DNA of 63,920 nt, filler included, from Octopus bimaculoides (taxonomy: Eukaryota), in NCBI RefSeq assembly GCF_001194135.2. It is 5 parts of 5 records of this genome, joined end to end, with 100 filler letters (N's around TTAATTAATTAA, not from the genome) between each part and the next. Parts side by side here need not be neighbours in the genome. Positions count along the whole stretch, not along the records: positions 25,245 to 46,638 come from NC_068993.1; positions 46,739 to 56,856 come from NC_069006.1; 3 more parts are not named here. The stretch is one strand, 5' to 3'. Shown in pieces: positions 38,860 through 51,409 of this stretch (its first letter is position 1; every line of letters starts with the position of its first letter). The notes under the pieces are model-generated. The model did not search any database. It saw nothing but the letters and a program-made list of their open reading frames with translations, and was not told the DNA's origin. The position numbers were made by a program, and so were the translations under genes.

Positions 38860-39705
38860 TTGCTTTAGTAAATTTCAGCCAGCTAGATTGACTGACCTTA
38901 AGGACATCCCCTATTTTACACAATTCTTTCAATCCATTCCATTGATGAGTGTGGCTTAGGACTAGTTCCAGAGAACAAAAACAAAGAAACCAAAACCGTT
39001 TAACTAAATTGTCTTTCCATCGTCGTAGATGCCTTCCGAGTGGACTTTTCCGATCTTTTGGATACCGTTCGGTTTCTGCACGGTTCCACTTTATAACATG
39101 TCCAGTCCAGCGGAACTTATGCTCACGGTATTCTGCGATCGTGTTGTTCACTCCGCTTCGCTCTTAAATTATTCCATTCCGCATATGCTCTCCCAATGAT
39201 ATTCCTAGCAAAGCTCTTTCCATGTCCCTTTACAACATAGCCTATTGATGTCCTTCCCTTTTCATAGTAGCCCACATCTCACTCGCATATTAGAGCAATG
39301 TTACTAAAGCGATGTTACTGAGGAGTCTGGCACGCATGGACTTATCTAGCTTTGCTTTCAACACTTCCTTTATTGAGATAAACGCCTTCCATCCTGCCCT
39401 TATTCTCTTCGAAAATTCAGCATCCATGTCTCCGCGCATATTCACTATGTGCCATAAGTAAACGTACTGCTTTACCTTTTCGATTTCATCACTTCCAGCC
39501 TCTATTTGGCCTTGTACCACGTTTTTAGACTGCATGTACCTTGTTTTTGTGCGGTTCATTTTAAGCCATACTGTTGAACAATGGGTATCCGTCTATGCCA
39601 ACATAGTTTTCAGCTGATTTGTGGTTTTTTCGATGATTACGTTGTCACCTTCGAATCGGAAGTGTGTTAATAGCTCGCTGCTGATGTTCACGCCACCTGT
39701 TCATA
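38860..39705 (-). mobile_element. RTE-clade LINE 3' fragment (RT end and C-terminus), decayed
   Basis: Minus frames give VNISSELLTHFRFEGDNVII (decayed FADD region), LKMNRTKTRYM, YVYLWH, KRIRAGWKAF, YASEMW, MERALLGISL, KFRWTGHV and RRWKDNL. Confidence 0.85.
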
Positions 39706-39764
39706 TTTATCATACGAGTCTTTTCTTTATATTGACGGGAGGGAGGGGGGTAAATCATCTTTTA

Positions 39765-40110
39765 TCTTTTACTTGTTTCAGTCAGTTGCTTGCGACCATG
39801 CTGGGGCACCGCCTTGAAGAGTTTTAGTAAAACAGATCTACCCTAAAACTTATTTTTGAAGCCTAGTATTTATGCTATCGGTCTATTTTGCCGAACCGCT
39901 AGGTTTCTGGGACGTAAATACACCACCACCGATTGCCGCACACACCCACACACATATATACGATGGGCTTCTTTCAGTTTCCGTCTACCAACTCCACTTA
40001 TAAGGCTTTCGTCAGCCCGAGGCTACAGTAGAAGACATTTGCTCAAGGTCCTGCGCAGTGGAACTGAACTTGAAACCATATAGTTGAGAAGCAAGCTTCT
40101 TACCACTATC
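39765..40110 (-). mobile_element. SINE family A copy
   Basis: Same head and tail motifs. Confidence 0.75.
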
Positions 40111-41173
40111 AAGGAATATTTTTAAACATCATAGAAATAAAACTACTGGCTCATAACCTACAGAAACCAAAATTGAAATACTACTGCCACTTGAATAGGA
40201 TAATAACTTTCAATTCGTACAAATCACAGGTTTTCATATTTCAGAGACACCGTAACAATGCTTGAGCATTTTCAGGAAAAAAGTGTTATTTATAATTTCG
40301 GAAGCAACACATTTCGTCCTAATTCTTTTTTATTTATTTATTTACTTATTTATTTATTTCACATTAAAATATAATTTGTTTCGTCTTTATTTTCCCTGAT
40401 TTTCTATGTAAAATGCCTTATTTAGTCTTTTAACGGTTTTTTTCTTTTTTTCTCAAATGCACTTGTAAATAAAAAATGAGAAATGCCGAAACCATTTAAG
40501 GGAGATAACTTATAAAGTTATTTCCCTTGCATTCAATATTTCTTAATCTTTTTCTTTCAAATTTTTGGTTAAGGCCAACAGTTTCTGGTGGAAAGAGTAG
40601 GTCGACTACATCGACACTGCTGTTTAATTGAGAATTATTTTATCGGCCCCGGAAAAGATGCAAGGTACAGTCGACCTCTGCGGAATTTGAGCTCTGAACG
40701 TAAATTCAGACGAAGTGTCACAAGTATTTTGCCCCTCGTGCCAGCTCGCTACCTTTAATTCAAAAATATATTCAAAACACTTTCATAGATTTTCTCCTAG
40801 ACTTTTTATATTGGACAGAGAACTTACGGCAGTTGATATTTTAAAATGACATCATATATCTATATTGAGTATTTAGTATTATCAGATCTAGGTATCTCAT
40901 TAAATCACATCAAATTCAATACCATATAACCATGATAGGAAAATCATCTACCAGCAATTGCTATTCGTGTTGCAAGTCGACCTCGAATAAATTTTATCTA
41001 TGACCTTTCTATATCTCTATGCATAAGGATTTCATTGTCTAAAGCTGCCTTACTATGTAAGATGGTAAAATGAGGGTTTGGAGCATTGTATCTAGATATG
41101 TGTATATGGTGTGGTACGGTGGTTAGACTACGATGTAAAGCTGTGATTCTTAACCTTAGATGGTAGACATAAT

Positions 41174-41518
41174 CAGGGATTCTCCACTATTTTTTTTATC
41201 TATGGACCCCTTTGATTACTATTTTATTCTGATTGATCTCCAGAGCCATTCGATGCTTAAAAACTAGTTTTATAGAAATTTCTTTCAAAATTCCTATTTT
41301 GCTTTTCAAACCTTTAACTTGTGTATGTTGAACGTTGTAAAGTGTTAGAGAAAGAAATTTATTTCTTGCAATACGTACCAATACATACATCTAAAGCAAA
41401 ATTTTTTTCAAGGGCCTTTAAAATGCTGTTGTGGACAATTTACTGTTTTGTTGGGTGGATCCCATAAAATTTTATATGGACCCTCAAGAGCCATGTGGAT
41501 TCCGGTTGAGAACCAGAG
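41174..41518. mobile_element. Degraded hAT-like MITE
   Basis: Starts CAGGGATTCTCCAC, ends GGTTGAGAACCAGAG, and has subterminal GGACCC motifs as in 48177-48452. No TSD is recognisable. Confidence 0.45.
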
Positions 41519-41896
41519 ACAGGTTGTGAGCTCACAATGGGTGCTGTGTGGTTTTGGGTGTTTAGTGTAGAGAAAATTATGATGTTTCACCGAAATAGAA
41601 TATTTAAACTAGTTACAAAACTCGTATTGTAAACGTTTGCATTTAAAAAAAAATTTTTTCTATGTTGGGATTAGAATATGTGTAGGACGTTTTTTTATCA
41701 GTGAGCAGAAACATGACTGATGGTCGAATATAATTTCGACCATTGAAATTATATTATGGTCGAAATTATATTCGCCAGTGTCGAATATAATTTTCATGTG
41801 TAATTCCTGAACTTCTTTAATAATTTCTATTGAAATTTAACTCAGGAATTCTAGTTTAAAAAGCGGCACATGTATATTTGGATAACATAAAAAATA

Positions 41897-42695
41897 CCGT
41901 AAATCCTCGAGTATAATCCGCATTTTTTTCCCCAAATTTAAAGGTCAAAATCCCTAGTGCGTACTATATACGAGGTTAAAAAAGAAAAATATTTTCTAAG
42001 CAATGTCCGAGTCTCTATTTGCTGTCCGGCAATGTTTAATCAGACGCATCTTATGATATCGGGCGCGAAAATGCCTTAAGCTAAGCCTGAAAGCAATGAA
42101 ATCATAAAAAAATCATCCATAACTTGCAGTAAGCAACATTTATTAAAATAAAAGTGTTGTATATCGTCTGCACTGGATGGTACTCAGGATGACGTTGTAT
42201 GGAAAGATGAAATAAATGAAAGTGAATCTTCTGGTGTTGATTATGAATCTGACGATGACGGCGATTTACACTACAATGATGCTGACATGTTTACGGAGGA
42301 ACAAATGGAACAGTTATTTGATGCTGAAAGTGACGTTGAATTTGAAGGATTTGAATATATGTTTTTGCTTTTGCTTTTGTAACTGATAGTGATAAATATG
42401 TGAAAGGCAATTTACTTAATATTTATTTTTCACTGACGTTATTACTGTTATTTCTTTATTTTCTGCAAACAAAGTGCACAAAAAACTACACGTTTGCATT
42501 ATGTTGTATATACAATAATAATAAAGGACGTTACTGTATACATATTTACAAACAAAGGACGATATATAGACTTCCTTGACTCAAGTTAGAGAAGGGGTGC
42601 GTATTATACACAAGGTTTAAATTTTTCAGAGGTACAGCCCCCTAAAAATGCCTGCGTATTATACTCAAGGGCGGACTATACTCGAGGATTTACGG
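41897..42695 (+). mobile_element. pogo/Tc2-like internally deleted DNA transposon (799 bp)
   Basis: TA target duplication, 25-bp TIRs CCGTAAATCCTCGAGTATA(A/G)TCCGC, and subterminal TGCGTA(C/T)TATA repeats. 42152-42382 encodes KCCISSALDGTQDDVVW...ESDVEFEGF, a typical pogo-like transposase C-terminus. Confidence 0.9.
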
Positions 42696-43286
42696 TATGT
42701 ATAATAAACCAATTCGCAAAATTAGTTGTTTGATTTTTTTTTTAAATTTCATTATTGAGAAGAAGTCTATAAACTTGACGGAAGAGGGCATCACTGAAAT
42801 ATATGTGAAAAAAAGGTTGAGATCTACAGATACATAATGTATGTTGATGTGATATAAAATTATTGTGTACGGTTTAGCATTATAGTTAGGACACAGAGTA
42901 TGGTCTGTAATATGATGTACTAGATATATTGTATGCAATGAAGTATAGCTGTCCGAGTATGTTATATTATGATTAGAATTTTGGTTTGATTGAGAGTGAT
43001 TCATTTTTCTTATAGTCCAGACATATTGCATGGAGTATAGTAGTAAAGTGTATGTTTATACTATGTATTAAAGTAAAGGGTATATAACTACCAGAACATA
43101 TTATGAGGTGTACAGTACGTGTTCAAGAAAGAGAATATAGTAGGTAGTGTCTAGCACAAGTATAACGAGTAGAACATGTATGGTACCTAGCATGTACACA
43201 ATAACAAGGACAAGTGTATGCGTGTTTGTATATATTCCTGTTTGGTAGTCCAAACAGGATAAATAGAACTCAAAACATGAGTAAAT

Positions 43287-43705
43287 ACTCTTTACTCTTT
43301 ACTCTTTTACTTGTTTCAGTCATTTGACTGCGGCCATGCTGGAGCACCGCCTTTAGTCGAGCAAATCGACCCCAGGACTTATTCTTTGGATGCCTAGTAC
43401 TTATTCTATCGGTAACTTTTGCCTAACCGCTAAGCTACGGGGATGTAAACACACCAGCATCGGTTGTCAAGCGATGTTGGGGGGACAAACACAGACACAC
43501 AAACATATACACACATATACATATATACATATACATATATACGACAGGCTTCTTTTAGTTTCCGTCTACCAAATCCACTCACAAGGCTTTGGTCGGCCCG
43601 AGGCTATAGTAGAAGACACTTACCCAAGGTACCACGCAGTGGGAATGAACCCGGAACCATATGGTAGGTAAGCAAGCTACTTACCACACAGCCACTCCTG
43701 CGCCT
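43287..43705 (-). mobile_element. Full-length tRNA-derived CORE-like SINE (family A)
   Basis: Head TAGGCGCAGGAGTGGCTGTGTGGTAAG, B box GGGTTCATTCCC, MIR/CORE-like ACCTTGGG.AAGTG, internal (TA/TG)n, and a (GAGTAAAA)-type tail. Confidence 0.85.
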
Positions 43706-44109
43706 ATAATGTGTGTGTTATTTTTAATCGGTAGAAGTTATAAAGTGGCTCAACGGCCGAGTGTTTCGTTCATGGCAGGTATCAAACAGTTTGATACGTG
43801 TCACGCACTATTGTGTCTCATATGTTTACGGAAAATTGAACATAAGTGATGACTGGTATATGCATGTTCATAGAACATGTTATGTGTGACAAATAGTTCA
43901 TTATATTTGATATCTTGAATGTATATAAGCAGAGGTACATGATGTATGTACTTGAGATACAGTAAAAAGATCATGATATGTTACTTGGAGCAATGATTCA
44001 GCCTGGACATGCTGTATAGAAAGAAAGCTGCTCGTATAATTACAGTGTGACGTGGCAGCCAAGATAGTTGTGGTGCTTACTTCGTTGAAGACAAATTTAT
44101 AATAAGGTC

Positions 44110-44503
44110 TGAAATTTATGGGGAGGGTATAAGTCGATTACATCGAACCCAGTGCACAGTTGGTACGTATTTTTCGACCCCGAAAAGATGAAAGGCAAAG
44201 GCGACCTCGGTGGAATATGAACTCAGAACGTAAAGGTGGACAAAATGCCCCTAAGCATTTTGTCCGGCGTGCTAATGATTCTGGCAGCTCACCATCTTGA
44301 TAAAATACAAAACCTGAAATTTAGTAGGAGGGGACCAGTCGATTACATCGACCCCCAGTGTTTCACTGGTGCTTAATTTATCGATCCTGAAAGAATGAAA
44401 GGCAAAGTCGACCTTGACGGAATTTGAACTCAGAACGTATAGACGGACGAAATGCTGCAAAGCATTTTGTTCGCGTGCAAACGATTCTTTCAGCTCGTCG
44501 CCT
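44110..44503 (-). mobile_element. Two tandem SINE family B copies
   Basis: 44110-44295 and 44305-44503. Confidence 0.8.
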
Positions 44504-45274
44504 TCAGACAATTTTATAATAATAATAATTAGAAAATCTTCTAATGATATGTAATATAGTAAACAATAAATGTATGATTAATAGCTAGCAATCAGGCTGA
44601 ATGAGAAATAGTGTGAGTGTGAAATTATGTTGTCTAGAATAAAATGTGGTAGGCAGGTGTGACAGCAAAAGCAACGACGTCGATGTCAACAATAAGGACA
44701 GCAATAACAGTTGCCTCCCTTACAAGAACAATAACAAGTACTGCTGCCTTCCCCAACAGTAGAACTTGCGTTATTTAAAGAATTTCTCTTCGCTATATAT
44801 CTCAGTTTAGCTCACTCGAATCTTTTCAATTTAAAACATATTTTAAGAATTAAAAAAAACAAAGAAACCTCCTCATGTAGGGGAGATAAATGTGATACAA
44901 CTTGTAGAGAAAGCCATTAGCTTCCCTTTACCTGAATTATGAATAAAAGTATGTATATTGCATTCATAGGCCATATGCGCATTGCATTCATAGCGTAAAA
45001 CATTTGTGACGTAGTGCAACACTCGATTCACCGAAGCAATACCTCTTCTGAATAATAATAACAGTAACAACTATAATAATAATAATCCTTTCTAGTGGAA
45101 GCACAATACCTCAAATTTGGGGGAAGGAATTAAGTCGATTACATCGACTCCAGTGCATAGCTGGTACTTAATTTATCGACCCCGAAAGGATGAAAGGCAT
45201 TTCGTCCAGCGTGCTAACGATTCTGCCGGCTCGCCGCCTTAATAATAATGATAATAAGAAGAAGAAAAAGAAGA

Positions 45275-45440
45275 CTTGGACCTGCCCATGATAAAAACTG
45301 AAACCACCTCCAGTGCTTGAAAATGATCACATCTCTCTCGTTTGGAACTTCACCATTCAAACAGCCAGAAAGATAGATGCGAATAGGCCAGACATTATAT
45401 TGAAGAACTTCCAACAAGAACTTCTAACTTGTCTCTTGAG
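45275..45440 (+). mobile_element. R4/Dong-type LINE endonuclease fragment
   Basis: PPPVLENDHISLVWNFTIQTARKIDANRPDIILKN matches the RLE-domain motif of this clade. Confidence 0.75.
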
Positions 45441-45494
45441 GTCTCTGGGTGAGAGTTGGAGCCAACTTGTATAAATACAAAGCAAAAGTCAAAC

Positions 45495-45579
<85 letters not shown>

Positions 45580-47218
45580 TGCCCGGATGCAGTACCAGGC
45601 AGTGTCTCTCATGGCTTCTGATCTTAATTCATTGGAAGTGTTAGCATGTACATTATTTTGTCTTGGTATAAAAGATGGGCTACAGCAAATATTCTGCTGA
45701 ATACCACAGATTTGCTTGTCAATTGTTAATCAGTTGAGCATGTTGCTTAATGGCTGACGGTATGTGAATCTCTGATCACGAGCAGAAGTAGTGGGAGAGC
45801 ATCATAGCCATGTGTTGAGAGGAATTCTTTGGGGTTTGAATAATTCACCTTTGGAAACATGAGTTAATGAGAAAACACACACTGGCCACATGGAGAACAT
45901 TTCCTTTATCAGCTGCCACCATTCTAAAACTAAGCGTTTGGAAGTGTTAGGACAGGACACATTGTTAGAATGGCTCTTCCTGCGGAAACAAATTTAAATG
46001 AAATTTGTAATGCGGGGGAATATAGTGACGAACGGAAAACATGACAGGAAAACGAAACAGTGAAAATAAACAAGAAGGGTTGTAAAGCCAGACGTGAATA
46101 AAATATGTATACTGAACGTTGTGAAGTGACGAACTGAAAGGAAGAGAGAAGAAGAAAGTTCTTGCGAGAGAAGAAGAAAGCAGTAGCCGGTAACATGTGA
46201 CCAGCGAGGGGTAAGGAGAAAGAGTGGTAGAGAGAGAATAAATGGGGAGGAAGTTGAATATAGGTGAGCAACGAGAGACAGGGAGGAAGAGAGAGATATA
46301 GTAGTGAAGGAGAGAGGCGAAGAACAACAGAAGGAAGTACGAGAGGGAGAGAAAGATACAAAGATAGATAGAGTCGCGTAAGAAATATAAAGTTAAAACT
46401 TACTTGCAAAGAGGACGCGTGCGTTCAATCATGTAATAATACAAATAATATGTGAGCATATGCACCTTGTTTTTGGAATTGTTTGGATAATACCATGCTA
46501 TATTCTGGTGCCTAAACTTAAGTGCCACATTCAATTTTGAATCTAAATTATATATATATACATATATATATTAAAATTTTTCGTTTTTATTTATTTCATT
46601 TAATTAATTGTCTAACTTATTTCAATGTCATTTAATTANNNNNNNNNNNNNNNNNNNNNNNNNNNNNNNNNNNNNNNNNNNNTTAATTAATTAANNNNNN
46701 NNNNNNNNNNNNNNNNNNNNNNNNNNNNNNNNNNNNNNCCTCCTCAGGGAATGTATGGGAACCATCTTAAACGTAAGACATTATGACCGAGTATGATAAC
46801 TATAGTTGGAGAAGGTTATGACGTAATTCATTTGAAAAAAACCGTTGGAGATTAGGACGCTACCAGATAGTACGTTGGAAAGGAAGGGAAGAAAAAAGAA
46901 AAGAAAAAAGAGAAAAGAGAAAGAAAATTCAGAGTGTAGAGTTGGGAGAAGATAGGCTGATATAAATCCGATAAAAATTGGAGAGGAATGTTATGTAATA
47001 AAAAGGCATTATAAATGGGTTTAATCTTGTGTTTCTACAAAAATATTGAGATGAATGTATATAATGATTTATACTTATGTGTATGCTCATATATACACAC
47101 AAACAAATCCACATTTACTCCCATAAGTTCATGTATGTATATTTATATACATACCCACGACAAAACCCACACTCATATATACATACGAACACACACACAC
47201 ACATATATATATAAATAC

Positions 47219-47265
<47 letters not shown>

Positions 47266-47534
47266 TACATACAAAGTATGGTGAGGGGGGGGGGGTTAGT
47301 TCGCAGGTGATCTAAACGTTTAGGTACGCTAGGTAAGTGCTGTAACGGATTACTGGGGCTCCAAGGTTATAGCCGGGACGGTAGTTATGGAGCCATTGCA
47401 GATTTCTGATGCAGAGGATGTATAATTGTTAAACAGGACAGTAAACATTAAGGCAAGACAAACATCTCATGTCGCATACAATATTATAGGAAGAAATTCA
47501 CAAACGTCTATATATATATATATATATATATATT

Positions 47535-47790
47535 AGTCAATCCAAACATGAACAAGCAAGAAAAAAATAACAACGCGAGGACGTGGAATAATTACAGTAT
47601 TATTGGACGCTCAGGAAAGGAAAGAAAAGAGGATTTCATGTTTCGAGCGGAGCTCTTCATCAGAAATATAGGAAAAGTCCAAAGAAGGGAAGACAGAGAA
47701 AGAAAATCGCCAACGATGCACACTCGGTCACATATTGAACTAACCGGAAGGGAAAGGGTGGAGAAACATAAACGTCTATATATATGTACA
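47535..47790 (-). mobile_element. PLE-terminus-like non-coding interspersed repeat between (TA)n tracts
   Basis: Shares GAGGACGTG...TATTGGACGCTC(A/G)GGAAAGGAAAG with 33925-33980, is loosely similar to 2965-3090, and carries the hammerhead-like motif. Confidence 0.5.
47633..47667 (-). ncRNA. Minimal hammerhead-like motif
   Basis: Minus strand: ATTT-CTGATGA-A-GAGC(TCC)GCTC-GAAA-CAT-G-AAAT. The CUGAUGA core is intact, stem I is ATTT/AAAT, and the cleavage-site region is decayed. Confidence 0.55.
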
Positions 47791-48134
47791 CACACACATA
47801 TATGAGATAATATTTGTCTCTTTTTACGGAAGCAAAAGGGTTTATAGGACTACAAAACGGAAGTGCTCAAGTGTAATTGCGACGAAGATAAAGAAACACT
47901 GATCAAAGAACAAGCATCAAATTCGAGTCAACGACTTTATATACAGCATTTGATCATATATAAATATTATCATGGTTCTTCAGCATATAAAAAAATATGC
48001 ATAAAAACACAGAAGGTAAAAATATACATGTGAATAAAATACAAATATATAGAACGGCTTATCAAAATGGCAAATATAAACGGCTAGAAATTCATAAAAA
48101 TTCTAAAAGAAAAAATTAAAAGAAACAAATGATA

Positions 48135-49240
48135 TTTTCAGTCTTTTCTCTCTTTTTTTTTTTAAATAGTCTAGACCAGGGATTTTCAAACTTTTTGACT
48201 TGCGGACCCCTTTATATTTCAGGCTTTACCTTAGGGACCACCCTTATAAACGCATATAAAATTTATACATAAATATTTGCTTAAAACAACATATATTTTT
48301 ACATTTATTTATTTAACAGTATTTAACAAATAGGTTTATTGTCAATTAAAAGATTTCGATTAAAGAACATATATAAAATCAAATTGCCCATAAAAAGTAT
48401 TTGCTGTCCACGGACCCCCTGTGGTCCGCGGACCACATTTTGAAAACCCCTGGTCTACATAGATACATTTTCAGTCTTTTCTCTCTTTTTTTTTTTAAAT
48501 AGTCTACATATATACATTTTCACAATCTTCTCTCTCTTTTTTTAAAAAATAGTCTACATTTATACATTTCAACAATCTTTTCTCTCTTTTTTTAAAAAAT
48601 AGTCTACATATATACATTTTTCACAGTCTTTTCTCTCTTTTTTTAAATAGTCTACATATGTACATTTTCACAATCTTCACTCTCGTTTTTTTTTAAATAG
48701 TCTACATATATACATTTTCACAATCTTCTCTCTCTTTTTTAAATAGTCTTCATATATACATTTTCACAGTCTTTTCTTTTTTTTAAAAAATAGTCTTCAT
48801 ATATACATTTTCACAGTCTTTTCTCTCTTTTTTTAAATAGTCTACATATATACATTTTCACAGTCTTTTCTCTCTTTTTTAAATAGTCTTCATATATACA
48901 TTTTCACAGTCTTTTCTCACTTTTTTTTTAAATAGTCTACATATATACATTTTCACAATCTTCTCTCTCTTTTTTTAAATAGTCTTCATATATACATTTT
49001 CACAGTCTTTTCTTTTTTTTAAAAAATAGTCTTCATATATACATTTTCAGTCTTTTCTCTCTTTTTTTAAATAGTCTTCATATATACATTTTCACAGTCT
49101 TTTCTCTTTTTTTTAAAATAGTCTTCATATATACATTTTCACAGTTTTTTCTCTTTTTTTTTAAATAGTCTACATTTATACATTTTCACAATCTTCTCTC
49201 TCTTTTTTTTAAAATAGTCTACATATATACATTTTTCACT
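48135..49240. repeat. Minisatellite, about 17-18 units of 44-48 bp
   Basis: Unit CATTTTCACAGTCTTTTCTCTC(T)nAAATAGTCT(A/T)CATATATA; the first unit is interrupted by the hAT MITE. Confidence 0.95.
48177..48452. mobile_element. hAT (Charlie-like) MITE, 276 bp
   Basis: TIRs CAGGG(A/G)TTTTCAAA; 8-bp flanks GTCTAGAC / GTCTACAT resemble the NTCTAGAN target. Confidence 0.8.
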
Positions 49241-49269
49241 TTCTTTCGTTTGTTTTCCAAGTTCACATT

Positions 49270-50560
49270 AAATATTGAAAATTCCTTTACCTTGATTTCT
49301 CCACAGTTTCCAACCTCTCGTAATCCACTACAGAAGGGGCATCTTCAGCCAACCAGTATCCGTTTATCGATTTCAAATGATCCAAAAATACATCCATAAA
49401 TTTATCACACTTTTCCTCTGCTATCCATATACCTCTCTCGTCCATTTCAAATCTTTCTCTCGCCAGCTTCACTTTCATCAGTCCCTTCCATCTTTTTCTC
49501 TGCCTCCACATTCCTGCCATATCTCGCTAAGTAACCCCTATTTTTCTAACTCTTCTATTGTTTCCTGCGTACTTTTAGCTTTGGTTCGATCCTTCCCTTT
49601 CTTTCATTTTGGTTTTCTGTTGGATACTCTCTTGTCCTTGCTTTTTTCCTTCTTTTGGGGCTGATCCTTTCCTTCTCCTTTTATTTTTTCTGTTCCTCCT
49701 CTTTTTTACCCAGAGTAAATTCCAACAAGGGGCACTGAGCCATCATATGGCCCCGTGCTCCGAAAATGTAACAATCAAGACGTCTTCCTTCTACCACTAC
49801 ACTCAGCCTTCTTCCTTCCTCAATCTCCATCTGGCAGGGGATTCGATCTATGTCTTCGAATAAGACAAAAAGACGCATTTCGACCCCGAATCCCCACCAG
49901 TTTCGCCTCTTCGTCTCTCCAATCGGTCCTAATTCAGGGTTGTCTTCGGTTGCCACCAAAATGGCTGCAATCAACCAATCAGCTTTGATTTTGGGTAGCA
50001 CTTTTGGCATTCTTATCCTCACGCTACGCTTTCCCCTGCAAGAGGGTAACAGCGTCACCTTTTCCGTCCTCAGAATGTTGGTGAAATGCGAGGCCGCCTC
50101 TTCCTCGTACGAACTTTCTACCTCTGCCAATGTATATTGCTTCTTTACTTATGTCTCCCAGACACTCCAAGATGTCTTCCTCCAAACAGTCTTTCAGTCT
50201 CTTGCAGAAGTACCAGCATGATAGTGTCTCCTTCCTTTTTCATTAACAGGTCATTTTTCAAAACTTCTTCTATGTCCATTACTATTGGCGTTACTCCTAA
50301 CGGGGCAGCTGTTTTCGCCACAGCAGCCCTCGCGTGGCTTTCCATATTGGGAAGCTAAAATTTTCTGGCCCAACAATGGTGGACGGCAAGAATAATAAGA
50401 GCAGCCAAAAACGAATTCCCAAAAAATTTCTCAAGAAGTGTCGCAAAGCATTTCGGGAGTTCATTGCCATGTGCCCCTCCCCCTCCCTGTCCATATATGG
50501 CGCAGCATAGCTAATTTCAAAGATAAACCCATTAACGAACTAGTTCAAAATTTTATAACA
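49270..50560 (-). mobile_element. LINE ORF1 (gag-like zinc-knuckle protein) relic, probably L1/Tx1-type
   Basis: ORF pieces 50145-50345, 49681-50130 and 49287-49520. LSVVVEGRRLDCYIFGARGHMMAQCP is a CCHC knuckle with one C>F change, followed by a basic/acidic tail. Confidence 0.75.
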
Positions 50561-51144
50561 AAAAAAAAAAAANNNNNNNNNNNNNNNNNNNNNNNNNNNN
50601 NNNNNNNNNNNNNNNNNNNNNNNNNNNNNNNNNNNNNNNNNNNNNNNNNNNNNNNNNNNNNNNNNNNNNNNNNNNNNNNNNNNNNNNNNNNNNNNNNNNN
50701 NNNNNNNNNNNNNNNNNNNNNNNNNNNNNNNNNNNNNNNNNNNNNNNNNNNNNNNNNNNNNNNNNNNNNNNNNNNNNNNNNNNNNNNNNNNNNNNNNNNN
50801 NNNNNNNNNNNNNNNNNNNNNNNNNNNNNNNNNNNNNNNNNNNNNNNNNNNNNNNNNNNNNNNNNNNNNNNNNNNNNNNNNNNNNNNNNNNNNNNNNNNN
50901 NNNNNNNNNNNNNNNNNNNNNNNNNNNNNNNNNNNNNNNNNNNNNNNNNNNNNNNNNNNNNAATATCTTTTATTATTCCTCTTTAAACCGTGTATAGAAG
51001 GGGCAAGTGCAGTAGAATTACAGAATTTCTCGTTCGAAAGCGAATTCATGTAGGTCCTATACTCAGCCGAAAAATTTACCGTACTGCCTATATAAAACTT
51101 ATCGAAACAACCCTCCTCTTTAACAACGCATTTATATATTCTTT

Positions 51145-51349
51145 TCTATTCTAGGCACAAGGCCCGAAATTTTAGAGGAGGGGACCAGTCGATTAGACCG
51201 ACTCCGGTACACAACTGGTACTTAATTTATCGACCCGAAAGGATGAAAGGCAAAGTCGACCTCGGCGGAATTTGAACTCAGAATGTAGACAGACGAAATA
51301 CGGCTAAGCATGTCACCCGGCGTGCTAACATTTCTGCCAGCTCGCCGCC
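51145..51349 (-). mobile_element. SINE family B, well-preserved copy
   Basis: Complete head to tail. Further dispersed copies: 19475-19645(-), 26956-27205(-), 30680-30855(-), 36345-36548(-), 38447-38660(-), 40560-40752(-), 45085-45238(-), 56230-56470(+), 58265-58430(-), 59530-59690(+), 61603-61815(+). Confidence 0.85.
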
Positions 51350-51409
51350 AACGCATTTATATATTGCATTAGTAGTGAGACAGAACCCATCAGCTAGGGT
51401 TTCTACAAT

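Noticed and set aside
45580-45875. Complex 300-bp stretch after (TAA)n that looks like an interspersed repeat
   Set aside because: No second copy or diagnostic motif in this window, so it cannot be classified without a search.
48135-49240. CRISPR-like regular repeats
   Set aside because: No unique spacers and a eukaryotic context; it is a minisatellite.
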